The notes: generated from the letters alone by a model not told the origin. Counted from the stretch's first letter, positions 1 through 36,980 are shown. The stretch is DNA of 64,000 nt from the human T2T-CHM13v2.0 reference genome, Homo sapiens (GCF_009914755.1 NC_060931.1); one strand, 5' to 3'. Numbers and translations: made by a program.

Positions 1-1074
1 CACCGCTGTTCCCCCCGCAGACCCCGCTTGTTCAGCAGCAGAATGGTAAGAGCTGTAGATGGACAAACCCTTTCACCCCATCCCATCTCTGCATAGAGAT
101 CAGTTAGTTGTTCCTCCGACCTCATCAGAGCCCATGCAGTGCCCTTTCTGACCAGCAGGGGGGACCAGGGAAGCACCAGACCCGCCCGGGTACTTCCACT
201 GCTCTGTTCCCTTACTCCCCCAGTTTAGGAGGGCCCCCCTTGCTGTCCGCCTGCAGGAAGGCAGGCTGGTGTCAGCTGAGTGACTGCTCTCGCCCCCTAG
301 GCTCTTCCTTCGGGGACTTAGGATCAGCCAAGTTGGGGCAGAGGCCACTGAGCCAGCCAGCTGGGATCTCCACCAACCCCTTCATGGTGAGTGTGCCAGC
401 AGGGGTGCTGTGGTAGGGCTCGTGGGCTTTCCCTCTGGGACAATCCTTCCAGAAGAGGCTGATGTGAGGTGGCCCCTGTGCCCCTTCCTCGTGAAGGTCT
501 GCGTTGTCCAAGCCAGGGCTGAGCTTGGGCCTCAGCTCTTCTGGGCACTGGCATCTCCCATGCTGTTCCAGCCCTGCCCTTGGCTCCCTTCTCCCTCACT
601 TTCCTTTTTTTTTTTTTTTTGAGACAGCCTCACTCTGTCTCCCAGGCCCAATCTCAGCTCACCGCAACCTCTACCTCCTGAGTTCAAGCAATTCTCCTGC
701 CTCAGCCTCCCAAGTAGCAGGGACTACAGGTGTGCACCACCGCACATGGCTAATTTTTGTATTTTTAGTAGAGATAGGGTTTTCCCGTGTTGGCCAGGCT
801 GGTCTTGAACTCCTGACCTCAGGTGATCAGCCCACCTTGGCCTGCCAAAGGGCTGGGATTACAGGCATGAGCTACCGTGCCTGGCCTTTTCTCCCTCACT
901 TTCCCACTGCCCTCAGCATAGCGATTTTTCAGGAGAAAGGACTCCTGGCTGCCTTTCTTCTAAGCTTCCAGTTCCTCTCCCCTAACTGGAAAATGTATTG
1001 TTCTTTCTTTCCAGACTGGACCCTCATCAAGCCCATTCGCCTCCAAACCTCCAACCACCAACCCCTTCTTGTAG
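1..1074 (+). CDS. AGFG2: ArfGAP with FG repeats 2 (HRBL), last three coding exons (5'-partial): <1-45, 301-386, 1015-1074
   Basis: GT-AG splicing gives ...[62 protein letters not shown]. This contains two NPF (EH-domain ligand) motifs and the TNPFL terminus typical of AGFG1/2. Confidence 0.9.
605..887 (-). mobile_element. Alu SINE in the last AGFG2 intron
   Basis: Poly-T followed by reverse-complement Alu consensus. Confidence 0.95.
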
Positions 1075-4000
1075 CACTGTGTTTTTGGGGGGCCTCTTCC
1101 CTGCCTTCTGGGGCCCCTCTGCTCCCTAGAGCTCTGGTGACCACTTGCCTGTGGGCATTTCTATGGGCCTTGGGGATGGTGGAGGTGCTAATGCTTTGCT
1201 TGGGGCCTACAGGTGAAAGGTGGCTGCCCTCAGATTCCACAAAGCCTCTCTCCCCTCCCTCGTCCCACCCCCACCCAGGCAGGAAGCCCAGGAGGAGTGC
1301 GGGCAGGGCCTGACCTGGAGGAGTGATGGTTGAGGGGGAGGGATTTTTTTCAAATGATCAGTCCCCTGTGGAACAGCTCTTCCCTGGGCCTAGCTCGCCA
1401 GCGCTGTGCTCCTCATGGACGGGAGCGCAGTGGGGAAGGTAGGGGAAAGATGAGGCACAGTGTTGATGGGGCAGTGACCAGACAGTCCTGAGACCCAGAA
1501 GGCCCAGGTGGCCCAAGTGCTCTTGGTGGCCCAGCTTGGCCAGCACACACTTTCCTCCTGCAGCACCCCCTGCTGAAGGGGTCCCCCATTGTTTTGCTTC
1601 CCCAGCGCCCAGGATGAGCGGTTTACCATCGAGCTTACCCGGGCCCGGCTCCTGTCAAGCACTTTAGTTAGCTGTTGGTGTCATGTTTGGATACCAGTGT
1701 TTTATATTTATACATAGAGAGGATTTTCTAATATAGCCTATTATATATAAATAGATCTATCTATATGCACATACATACATATATACACACACCCAGCCGA
1801 TCTCCCGCTCCCAGACTGCTCTCGTATGTGGGGAATGGGATGAATCCCCATCTGTGCCTCGACCATCAAAGCCGGAGCTCCAGGGCTGGAGGGGGGGCAG
1901 CCATGTGTCCTGACCCCCACCATCCCCAGAGCCTGGGTTTTCCAGGGAAAGGCTTTGTGCAATTGCCTGGTCTTTTTTTTTTTTTTTTTTCTCCATGTGC
2001 CTCCCTGTCCCCAAATCTCTGCACCAAAGCTCATTGCAGGCAATGTTGGAAAAGAACTGCATTTGAACGAAAGAGAAAACGGCGCCTGTGGTTTTGCTTC
2101 AGGCCACTTTGAGGGGTTGCAGGTCAGTCAACATGACTGATCCTTGACCTGGCTCTGCTGGGCTGGACTGCCTGGGCCAGTGATAATGCTGCCATTGGCC
2201 AGAGACAGGGCAGAGCCCGTCCCTGTCTGAACAAGAGTCCCGCATTAGCAATGAGAAGAAGCGTGGCGGGAGAGGAGCCACCACTGCCGGGGACTGGAGT
2301 TTGTTGGATGTGAGGGGAATGCCCACTGGGGCCAGGGTGGGCAAAGGAGGTTGGTGCCAATGTGGTGCTGGAAGTAGACCCCTCCTGGGTCTGGAACATT
2401 CTCTGCCCCAGGCTCTTTCCACCTGGGGATGTTGTGACAACATCCAGCTGTGGTGTCTGGGCTATTTGTGTGGTGACAAGACAGACCTGGTCAGGGGGTG
2501 GGTGGCAAACACCTCACCTGGCTGGGCAGAGGCCACCTTGCTGTTTGGCCCAAGGCCAGGTGAGGCCCCTCCCTTTCCACCATTGCCCTGGCCCCGTGGC
2601 CATTCATTCTTGGGGTTTGTCTGAGTCTTCCACAGAGAGCAGCAAAGAGATATGGGAGTTGGGTGATCAGTGTATTTACTTTGCAGATTTTTCTGGAAAT
2701 AACCTCTAGCTGCTGCTATTTGCAAGGCTGGGATTGGCCTCCCTGTCTTTTCCAACAATCAGGACCCCATCCTGTCTGTTCCTGTTCTTCTCCCAGCCTC
2801 TGCCCTCCTTCTGTCTCCTGGGTGGTCTCCCGCTTCGCTCCTGGCCTTTGCATGTTCCATCTCTTCTCTTTCTCCCCTCTTCGCCACCCTAGATTATCTC
2901 TGTGTCCCTCTACCTAATTCTCTTACCAGTTCTTTCCTTTCTGCTTAGAGCCGGAGGGAGGGAAGCTGGAATCTGTTATGGTGTATTAGGGGGAGGAGCC
3001 TTTCTGTTATTTCCCCCCAGCTTCCATCACCCTTCCCTTAATGCCAGGAGCGCCGAGGTTTGGAACTGAGGCTAAACCGAAGGGCTTTCTCCTGCTTCTG
3101 TCACCCTGTGCTGTCTCCCGGCATCTCCTCACTATCTGGGTCCAGGCCCGGGTCCTCCCTGCAGACTCCCTCCCCTCCAGCCCACAAGGACTCCAGCCTG
3201 CTGGCTGGTGAGAGCTGGATGAGCAGTAAGAAGTTAACGCCAGGTCAGCCTCGGGCCCCAGGGTTCCCTGGGCACAGGCTGACACTAGGAGCTGCTCTCC
3301 TTGGCCGGGGACAGCTCCAGCAGCTCAGGCTCCAGCCCTCCAGTGAGCCGCCTCTCCTGGAGAGTAGCAAAGAATGGAGAAAGGCCTGGCTTGAGAGGAA
3401 ATGGAGAAAACATTGCCTGGTAGCTGCAGATTCAAACCCACCACACACACCACGGGGCTAGAGTGACTCACCTGGGCTCACACCAACTTCTGGCCAATGC
3501 AGGGACCATGCTCTGCAGACAGCAGTCCTCTAGCATGGCCCCAGCATTCAGCCAGTCGGTCACCTGTGGGCCATCCCCATGTGTGAGGAAGCAGGAGTCA
3601 GCCACCAAGTGTCTCCACATCGGAGCTTGCGGGTCAGACCTGTGGGCCAGGGGATGGGAGCAGGGCTGAGGGTAGGGGCTGAATGTGTGGCTCTGTCCCT
3701 GTGTTGCCTTCCACAGAGGAGCAAGGCCTCAGGCTGAGGAAGGAGGGGCACGCTGGAACAGCCTAGTCTCCTCCCCGTGGATTCCCCCAAACCCATAACA
3801 TTCTTCCATAGGGGCTGAGAACGCAGTGCCCCGTCCCTGACAGGGATGAAAAGTGAACCCCTCAGGTCAGGAGAGGCAGAGTTGAGGTTCTGCCACTTCC
3901 TGTCCCTGGGGAGCCACTCAAGTTACCAGGGCTACCGGCTGAAATAAATCTTTTCCGGGTAGGGTCAAGGGCAGTGTGTTGCCAAGGCAACTGATGTAGG

Positions 4001-4305
4001 CCAGTTGCGTGACTCCAGGTTTGTCCTGGTACTCAGTGGGTCCAATCACCTGGCATTGATCACCTGGCATTGATCAGCACCCACCCCACCCCTGAGGCTT
4101 GCCCAGCCCCCAGGCCCTCAGATCCCTGCTCTTCCTGCCTTTCCTGCCCATGTGTCACCCAGCACCCAAGGTTCAGTGACACAGGGTGGTTTGGAGCTGG
4201 TCACTGTCATAGCAGCTGTGATTTCACAAGGAAGGGTGCTGCAGGGGGACCTGGTTGATGGGGAGTGGGAAGGGGAAGGAATAAAGAGATCTTCCTCAGG
4301 TATCT
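1075..4305 (+). other. AGFG2: Probable long AGFG2 3' UTR with AATAAA at 3943-3948 and 4280-4285
   Basis: Follows the stop codon and contains two canonical poly(A) hexamers. The exact end is inferred. Confidence 0.55.
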
Positions 4306-5649
4306 TCAAGCCTCAGGGAGTAAAAAAGACTCCTGGGCCCGGAGTGCAGCAGGGACAGGGGCCCTTTGGTGGCCTCTTTGAGGCAGCAGCAGGACTGGGA
4401 GGGGGAGGGGTGTGCACATGTCCTTTGTGTCCCTGCCCCTTTGCACATGGTGCCTGTATCAAGGCCCTTGGCCACGTGGGGCTATGGCCTTGAACACAGT
4501 CCGGTTTTGTTGGCCACTTACGGAGCCATTGCCTCTGTGGCCAACACCCAACACTGGGCAGTTGCCGAGCCCCGCCCCACGGCCCCCCCGCCCCACACCA
4601 CACCACCTGTGCTTCGAGCCTCTCCTGCACCCCAGTGGGGCTTTGGCTTACCAGAGGTCACCTGGAGCAGGCCCTGGGTCCCACCTGCCTGCTGGCTGGG
4701 TGCTGGTTGGTTCCCTGCATCTCCCTCTCAATGTGACCTTGGAATAGGTGTGTGAGGACCCCAGCTCCATGCACACAGCACTTGCCTCCCATATTCCCAC
4801 TCACGTGGGGCCCCTTCCCCAGGAAGCAGGAAGTGTGGCGGGAAGCCCTGCCCACCCTGCTCAGGCTGCCCTGGCCCTTGGGCTAGGTTTGGGTCCTTGC
4901 ATCTGTTCTCTTGTTCTGTCTTTGTCATATCTTGTTCCTTCCCTGAGGGAGCTCCTCCCTGAATGCCATCTTTATGGGGGCTGCATGTTGGCCTCTCCTC
5001 CCTGACCCTCGGCTTTCCCCTTTAGGCACCTTACTTGCCTTGGGTGATATCTCAGGGTCCTCTAAGGTCCCACCAGGTGTCACCTGCTGGTTTGTCTGGT
5101 GCACCTTCACCCCCATCCCCTTGGAGGGGGTCAGTGGTCCTTGGATCAGAACTGAGTGCAAAAATGTCCAGTCCCCAGCCCAATCGCAATTTTTTCAAGA
5201 AGCAAAGGGTACCTCCATGAGGAAGTCCACACGTCCATGGTCAGAGCCTTCAGGTGGTCCCGGGGTAGTATTTTTGGGCAGTGGTGGCAAGGAGGGGCCC
5301 AGAGCAATGGGGCAGCCCGAAGGGGTCTTCCTGAGAGATGGCCTCTTCCTCCGAGGTCTCCTTCAGTGGCCACTTGACTGGGTTCCAGCGGGTATGGTCT
5401 GTGCACAGGGACTACCCCCTGAGCTTACTTAGCCCAAGTCACCTCCTATCACCCCAAACTTTCAAGAAACTCAATCTCCAGCTCAGAAATAATCCAGCGC
5501 AGTGCTCAGTGGCGGTGGCTCCTTTGGTTACTTGGAAGGGCACAAAACCACTCCTGGATGGGAAGGGGGTACACACAGGAAGGACACCTACAGGCCGAGC
5601 GGGGCGTGGCAGGAGCCAGCAGGGTGCATGGAGGCCCCGTTCCAAAGCC

Positions 5650-6620
5650 CTCTAATCGCCAGCGCCACCACCGCTGCCACAAGTCCGATCACTGGCCTCA
5701 CACCGAGGCTTTCTCGGTTGCCCCGACGACGTGTCCGGACCGCAGTCAGCTGATCGGTAGAGACGCCCCCACGCTCTCTGCCCCTATAAAGGCTCAGTCT
5801 TGGGGTCGAGGCCGCCTCTCTTGGACTTCCCTACTCAAACTCCAGTTCCTGGGCGACGTGAGGATTAGTCTCGTGGGGTGGGGGTTCCGGAGCGGTCGGC
5901 GGAGGGAGGGAGGTAGTGGGGAGCCCAGGCCAGGGGCAACAGTCACCGGGACACTCGCTGTGCGCAGAGTCCTTGCCCCAAACTTCCAGTCGGGAGCCCG
6001 GGAGAGACGCTGGGCATCAAGACGGGTGGCAGCCTGCCCGGCCGCTGCTCCCGGCCCGCCGAGTTCGCCACCTCACCCCCACCCCTGCTGGCCTCTCCCC
6101 GTGCTCAAGACACGAGACCCAGCCGTCTCTGCCTCTTCTGCAGCCACTTTATTGCCTTCGCCCCTGAATGAAGCCCGCAGGCGGCGGCCCCGGGGAGAGC
6201 CGGGAATGGCCGCCGTGCCCCTCAGCCAGCCGCTGCCCTGGGCCTGCCCTGCCGACGTGCGGTTCTGCGGCCACCTGCGCGCAGACCCGCCGCGTCCCGA
6301 GTGTTCCGAGAGCGAGCAGAAGTTTCGCGCGTGCCGAGCGCGGCTCCAGCGCAGCCTGAGCCTGGCGGGTGCGTGCACCACCAGCAAGTGCGCAGATGCG
6401 CGCCAGCACCACCTGATCGTCCTCTACACCCGCGACAGCAGCCTGCGCGTGGCGGCGGCAGGCGAGGCGGAGCAGCAGGCGTGATACAACACCCTGCTCG
6501 AGGAGCGCGGTGATGCCGGTGAGGCCCGAGCCCCGGGCTTCCGGGGGCCTCGGGGGCTTCTGGCTGTGGTTTCTCCGTGGCTCGCCCCTCCCCCAGGTCG
6601 CCGAAAGTTCAAACATTAAA
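5650..6620 (+). promoter_or_regulatory. CpG-island-like region with TATAAA (5785-5790) upstream of and over IRS3P
   Basis: Visibly dense CpG dinucleotides; CCCCTATAAAGG about 380 nt upstream of the ancestral IRS3 ATG. Confidence 0.55.
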
Positions 6621-6924
6621 GGGGCAGGTTTAGAGTTCTCCGGGCACAGGCCCGGCCCGGTGGCTCACGCCTATAATCCCATTAGTTTGGGAGGCCAACG
6701 CGGGCGTATCACCTGAGGTCAGGAGTTCGAGACCAGCCTGGCCAACATGGTGAAACCCCATCTCTACTAAAAATACAAAAATTAGCCGGGCGTGGTGGCA
6801 CATGCCTGTAATCCCAGCTACTCAGGAGACTGAGGCAGGAGAATCGCTTGAACCGGGGAAGCGGAGGTTGCAGTGAGCCAAGATCAACCACTGCACTCCT
6901 AGGTAACAGAGCTAGACTCTGTCT

Positions 6925-6968
<44 letters not shown>

Positions 6969-7520
6969 TTCTCCAGGCACAATGACGAGGCCCAGGTGCT
7001 CAGGGACCCTCCTATGAGCACCTTCAGACTCCCTGTTCCCCATCCCTGAGACCCCAGCTTCTGCGGACCAGTCAAGTGGCCTGAGCCGTCCAGGGTGTCT
7101 GGGAGAGGGGATCGAGCAAGCAGCCCTTAAGACCTTGGCGAGGCTGGGGACAGCAGCCTTCTACCCTAAGGGGCTGGGTGGGGGCTACATAACCAAGGGA
7201 GCAGGGAGTGACTATGAGCCCATTCCTACAAGTCTGGGTTCAGGAGCCTGGACACAGGCCCAGGAGTGCCCATCGCGATGTGGGGGCTGGCTGGGGATGG
7301 GTAGGGACTCAGCGCTGCTCCTGCCCCCCTCAGAGCTGGCTAGGGAGTGAAGTGTGCACCAAGTTATCGGCCCCAGAGAGCCTCGGAACCGGCACCGCCA
7401 GGCCAGAGCCCCTGACGAGCTGCCTCAGCTACGTCGATCTGGACCTGGTCCTTTCTCTGGGGGCACTTGGTGACGTCCCCAGGGCCCACACGCTCCGCCC
7501 ACATAGCTATGCGGTGAGGA
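6168..7520 (+). pseudogene. IRS3P: Insulin receptor substrate 3 pseudogene
   Basis: ATG 6168 gives MKPAGGGP, then a frameshift to the PH remnant WACPADVRFCGHLR/ADPP...HLIVLYTRDSSLRVAAAGEAEQQA*YNTLLE, with TGA at 6482-6484 replacing the invariant PH Trp. No PTB domain is recognisable. C-terminal Tyr-motif remnants GGGYITKGAGSDYEPI and SYVDLDL...PHSYA lie at about 7180-7515. All resemble rodent Irs3 as recalled. Confidence 0.88.
6649..6965 (+). mobile_element. Alu (AluS-like) inside IRS3P with 17-bp target-site duplication
   Basis: Full dimer with long A tail; TSD AGAGTTCTCC(G/A)GGCACA at 6632-6648 and 6965-6981. Confidence 0.95.
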
Positions 7521-8329
7521 GACCTGAGACCCAGGCAGCTCTCTCCTGCTGACTGATGGGGGGGTGGTTGAGGGAGGGACTGGAGGGAATGGCATTGTAA
7601 CGCCCCCGCCCTGCCTCCTAACTCCCCACCGTGTGAGGGGCTTTAAGGCCCAGATGCCACCTCGGACAAGTGACCTGCAGGGCAACAAGCTGGGGTCCTG
7701 CCCCCTGTGTCCCTTCCAGCTGTGGCACCTAAGTCTTGAGTAGAAGGTTCTCCAAGAAGTTGGGCTATTTTATGGGAGAAAATTCTAGAACCTATCCCCG
7801 CCCAAACCACCGAGACTACACACTTCTGGGCTTTCTCAGCTGAAACCCTGATCCTGTTTCTCTACAGAGTTCGTGCAAGAATCTCTAGAGTCTCAGGTAG
7901 GCTGCGGCAGGGCCACCTTTCTGCCAGTGGTGACATTTACATGGACCGGCACCCTCCCCCACACACCTGCAGTGCATTCTTTGTGTCTCCTCTGAGCCAG
8001 ACAACTACCCCACCCAGCCCAGAACTGAACTCCTGGAGCCCCAGCACAAGAGGTGTGGGGCTAGTGTCCCCTAAAAGTGAGGTGCCCCTACTTACTCCCC
8101 CGCCTGCTTCCTATACATTCAGCCCTGCACTGCCATGCAGACCACCCACCCACTCATTAAAGGGGCTCTGCCCAGTCAGCCCAGAAATGCCTTAGGTCAT
8201 GGATACCCTCGCCCTCCGCCTAACACAGCAGGGGGTGATCTGCAGTGAGACAGAAAGAGACCCCATTCCTGCCTCTATGACTTACTCTGCTCCCAGCCAC
8301 ACGGAGCCTGTTTTGCAAACCAACACTGT

Positions 8330-8335
8330 TTTATT
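8330..8335 (-). terminator. SAP25 poly(A) signal AATAAA
   Basis: TTTATT on the + strand 35 nt past the stop. Confidence 0.8.
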
Positions 8336-8369
8336 GTCAACACAACCAGCCCACTCTGCCCTGAGAAGG

Positions 8370-9251
8370 CTATGGACAATGGGTGTCTGGGGTCTGTGGG
8401 AGAGAGAGGTCAGCACCCTGAGAACTGCTGGGGCTACCACAGGGGCTGGGTGGGTCAGAGGTATGGTCTGGGGGGCCAACCGCGGAGGAGCTGGGCCTAG
8501 GCTCCCCCTGGCTCATCTGCAGCAGGCCAGTGAGAGCGATCAGCTCCGGCCCGCTGAGCCAGGCAGTGGAGGGGCCCCGGGAGGGTGATGGGCGGGGGAG
8601 CACCCTGGCAGACATGATGGGGGGCGGCGGCAGCAGTTTCAGGGAGCCCATCATCTGAGGAGAGAGAATGGAATGTGTTTCCTGCCAGGCAAGCCTGGAG
8701 GCTGGGGTAAGGACAGGGAGGGGAAAGAGCTCTCACCTGCTGGGGGGCCTTGGACAGGTACAGGGGAACACGCTGCCCCCGGGGCAGCAGAGGGTCCGAG
8801 AGGAAGACATCTTCACAGCACACCACCGGGAACCCTAGGAGGAAACACCACTAGGGTGGCGGGCTGCGGGCTCCCACCCCTGGGCACTGGTTCCCAGAGG
8901 AGTTGGGGCAGCCTTGCGCCCCCGGGGGACCAAGGGAGGTACCTGCATCTGGGGGCGCCTGCTGTCCATTCCAGTGCCCTGTGGCAGGGGCCACGGGCCT
9001 GAGACCCCTGCCCGAGGCTGCTTCATACAGCGGCCAGAATGAGGGGTGACACAGCGTCCGGCCTGAGAACGAGGCTCCTGAGCTACAGTTGGCCCCCTAG
9101 GGTGAGGAGGACAGAGCACTGGAGCCTCAGGCCACCGCACAGCTCCCTGAGCACCCCAGCCAGTCCCACAGGTTTGCCCCCAACTCACCCACACCGGCCG
9201 AGGTCCTGCTTTGGCTTCATACTTGGGGTCCCAGGGCGCTAGTGGAGTCAT
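8370..9251 (-). CDS. SAP25: Sin3A-associated protein 25 (199 aa); coding exons 9251-9189, 9096-8943, 8834-8737, 8654-8370
   Basis: Spliced ORF MTPLAPWDPKYEAKAGPRPVW/GANCSS...DA/GFPVVCCEDVFL...QQ/MMGSLK...ELIALTGLLQM...HCP*. It carries an LxxLL Sin3-interaction helix, and all introns are GT-AG. Confidence 0.9.
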
Positions 9252-10131
9252 CCTCGAGGGGGCCACCTCCCAGGCCACCTGGGGGGAACGGGGATCTGGG
9301 GGGACGCTTGGGGATTATAACAGGCTCACAGTCAGTGAGAGGCTCTTAGGGGTAGTAGAGGCAGCAGGGCCTGTCCTACCTGGGGCTCCGGGGGGCTGCT
9401 CAGTGGCCGGGCCTGGCAGGTGGTGGGGCAGCAGCAGCTGCTCTCTCCAGATCCAGGAAGGGCTACGGGATGGGGGCTGTGGGCTGGAGGGGCAGGGACT
9501 GAGGCTGCAGCCACACCGCCCCCACGCACCCTCCCCTGGAGCCCAAGGGTGCCTGGTGCAAGGGAGACCGAGGGACCCAATCTCCAGCAGGGACAATGGA
9601 GAAGCCTCCGTAGAGCGCGTGGTGAAGGCATGGAGGCCCCCAGTCGCTGTCCCCCCACGGCTCCGTCCGAGCCCCTCACCTGTCCCATGGGGGTGTCCCC
9701 AGCTCCCTGGGGGCGTCCGCTCCGGCGCTCCAGGGCTCGCCCTGGTCCTTGCCCGCCGGAAGGCCTGGTCCCTCGGGCGCCTCCTCCGGGCCCGCGCCCC
9801 ACCGCGGCGGCGACCAGGGCAACATTCCGCGTTCCCGAGCGCAGGACGGTACCGCCGTGTCCCCGCCGCCCGGCCCGGCCCTCTCAGCCTCCCTCCGCGG
9901 CGCGGCGCGAACGTGCCCTCCTGGCGAACCCACCCCAGAGGCCTCGCGGCGACGCTGGCGCCCTGTGCGTCTCCCGGCCACGTGGCGCGTGCCCCCGCCG
10001 GGCTCCCGCGGGCGCCCCCTGGCGACTGGGCGGTGAATTCCGGAAACAGAGGCCCCCCCAACAACCCCGCGACGCACGTGCTCTCAGACACAGTTACACC
10101 TGAGGGCCACCCAGAGGGCTTCTGGCTTCTG

Positions 10132-10137
10132 TTTATT
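10132..10137 (-). terminator. LRCH4 poly(A) signal AATAAA
   Basis: TTTATT on the + strand downstream of both LRCH4 terminal exons. Confidence 0.75.
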
Positions 10138-10334
10138 GCGGCTGACACGACACCTGCGACACCCGCGGTCCTTCCACCCAGACCCTCGACCCCAGAGGCA
10201 GCCAGGCCGGCAGGCCAAGGGTGCCCAGGCCCAGGCCACCCTCACCACGTGCTTCTCTGAGAGCGCGGAGCCCAGGCGCGTCTTCTGCTCCCGGGGTCCC
10301 GGGCGGGGTGGGCCCTGTGCCCCCACCTTCACCC

Positions 10335-10439
10335 CTAAGGCCGGTCCAGCAGGGCGTGGACGACAGCAGCGATGTAGGGGAGGCCCCTTCCCGGGGCCCC
10401 CTCCTCTTCCAGGATGTGGTGGGGCTGGCACAGTGACTC
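10335..10439 (-). CDS. LRCH4: LRCH4 alternative terminal coding exon, non-transmembrane: ESLCQPHHILEEEGAPGRGLPYIAAVVHALLDRP*
   Basis: Acceptor CCTTCCCCCAG|GAG is phase 0, matching the exon-17 donor at 11788. The peptide resembles the LRCH-family CH-domain end (LC.PHHILEE.G). It would give a 652-aa isoform. Confidence 0.8.
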   Translation of the reverse strand, partial: ESLCQPHHILEEEGAPGRGLPYIAAVVHALLDRP

Positions 10440-11189
10440 CTGGGGGAAGGGGCCGGGTTAGCTTCCCCACGGTGCCCCCTGCGGCTTCCGGCCTGTGGCA
10501 GGGGGTCGGGGGCAGACCCGAGCATCACCGTGCGCTCGGGGCTCGGCGACAAATGAGACGCAAGAAAGCTGTCAGCGATAACAGAAGGGAGGTGACACGG
10601 GGGGTTGGCGGACGCTCCGGGAGCATGAGAGGCCGGCATCTCAGGAGGGAGATGCTGGTGGGCACAGAGCCATGGCCACAGCCACCAACACGCGGAGCAG
10701 ACGCGCGCGCGCGCGCACACACACACACACAGGCAGGGCGGCCACGGTCTGTACAGTTTATACACAGAGATAGGGACCCGGCCTGGGCCCCGAACCCCTA
10801 CAAATATAGATCCTCTCTACAAAATAGAGATAATTTAGCCCCCCCATAGCAGCTGTTGGGGGGGGAAGGGGAGGGCACAGGAGGAAGGGGGAGACTCCAG
10901 CTCCTGCCACCCCTCACGGGGTACAGAGGGCAGGGGCAGGGCCGGCGGGGACATGAAGGCACCGTCAGCACTGAGAGGTGGGGACTCGTGGGGCTACTGG
11001 AGGGAGGCCAGAGGCTGGGGGCCCAGGGTCTGGGGGCACCAGAGTGGGGCCTCTGAGGTCAGTGTCTGTGAAGGGGGTGCACTAGTGTCTTTGGTTGGGG
11101 CTGAAGGCACCGCAGGTGGGGTCGGGTGGAGCAGGGACCTTATAAATAGAGAGGAAGGGAAAGGGGTGAGGGAGGGCCGATTTTGGGGC

Positions 11190-22183
<10,994 letters not shown>

Positions 22184-22708
22184 CCGCTCCCGGCGGCTCC
22201 CGCTGCCTGACTGACGGGACCGGCCGTCCCTCCTTCCCCCACCCCCTCCTTGGAGCCGCCGTAGTTGCCTCAAGGGGGAGGGAGCGGTGTCCGGGACCGG
22301 ACGGACCAATCGTGGCCCCGAGACGCGTCAGAAGCGGCCAATCAGAACCCGTCAGTGGGGGTGGAGCTCCGGCGCCGGAGTCTGACGAGAGAAGGGAGGG
22401 GAACAAGGATAGAGCGCTCGCCAACGGCCGACGCTCCAGGCCGTCCCGCCCAGCGCAGCTGCACCCAATCACAATGCTCAGATCGGGAGGTGGAGCCAAT
22501 CAGGTCCAACCAAGAGGAGGGGACACCGGCACTCCACTAGCAGGAAAACGGGCCGAGGGACCGCAAGCAGGGGGTGCCTAGTCCTCGTCCCCCAAAGACC
22601 AATCGTAAGCCAGATACAGGCGAGTGACTGTCAAGAAGGCCAATTAGAGCCTCCGAAGGGAATCTGGACCTGCCTCTTCTCTGAGGGACGGCTCTACCTA
22701 CCAATAGC

Positions 22709-36980
<14,272 letters not shown>

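Noticed and set aside
504-1313. 269-aa ORF, and the many similar ORFs containing [17 protein letters not shown] or [11 protein letters not shown]
   Set aside because: These are translations of Alu sequence, not genes.
4046-4076. TCACCTGGCATTGA tandem repeat in the AGFG2 3' UTR
   Set aside because: Only two copies with no spacer; ordinary slippage and not CRISPR-like.
9211-10849. Long + strand ORFs (349, 227 and 237 aa) antisense to SAP25/LRCH4
   Set aside because: Stop-codon scarcity in a very GC-rich CpG island; no recognisable domain.
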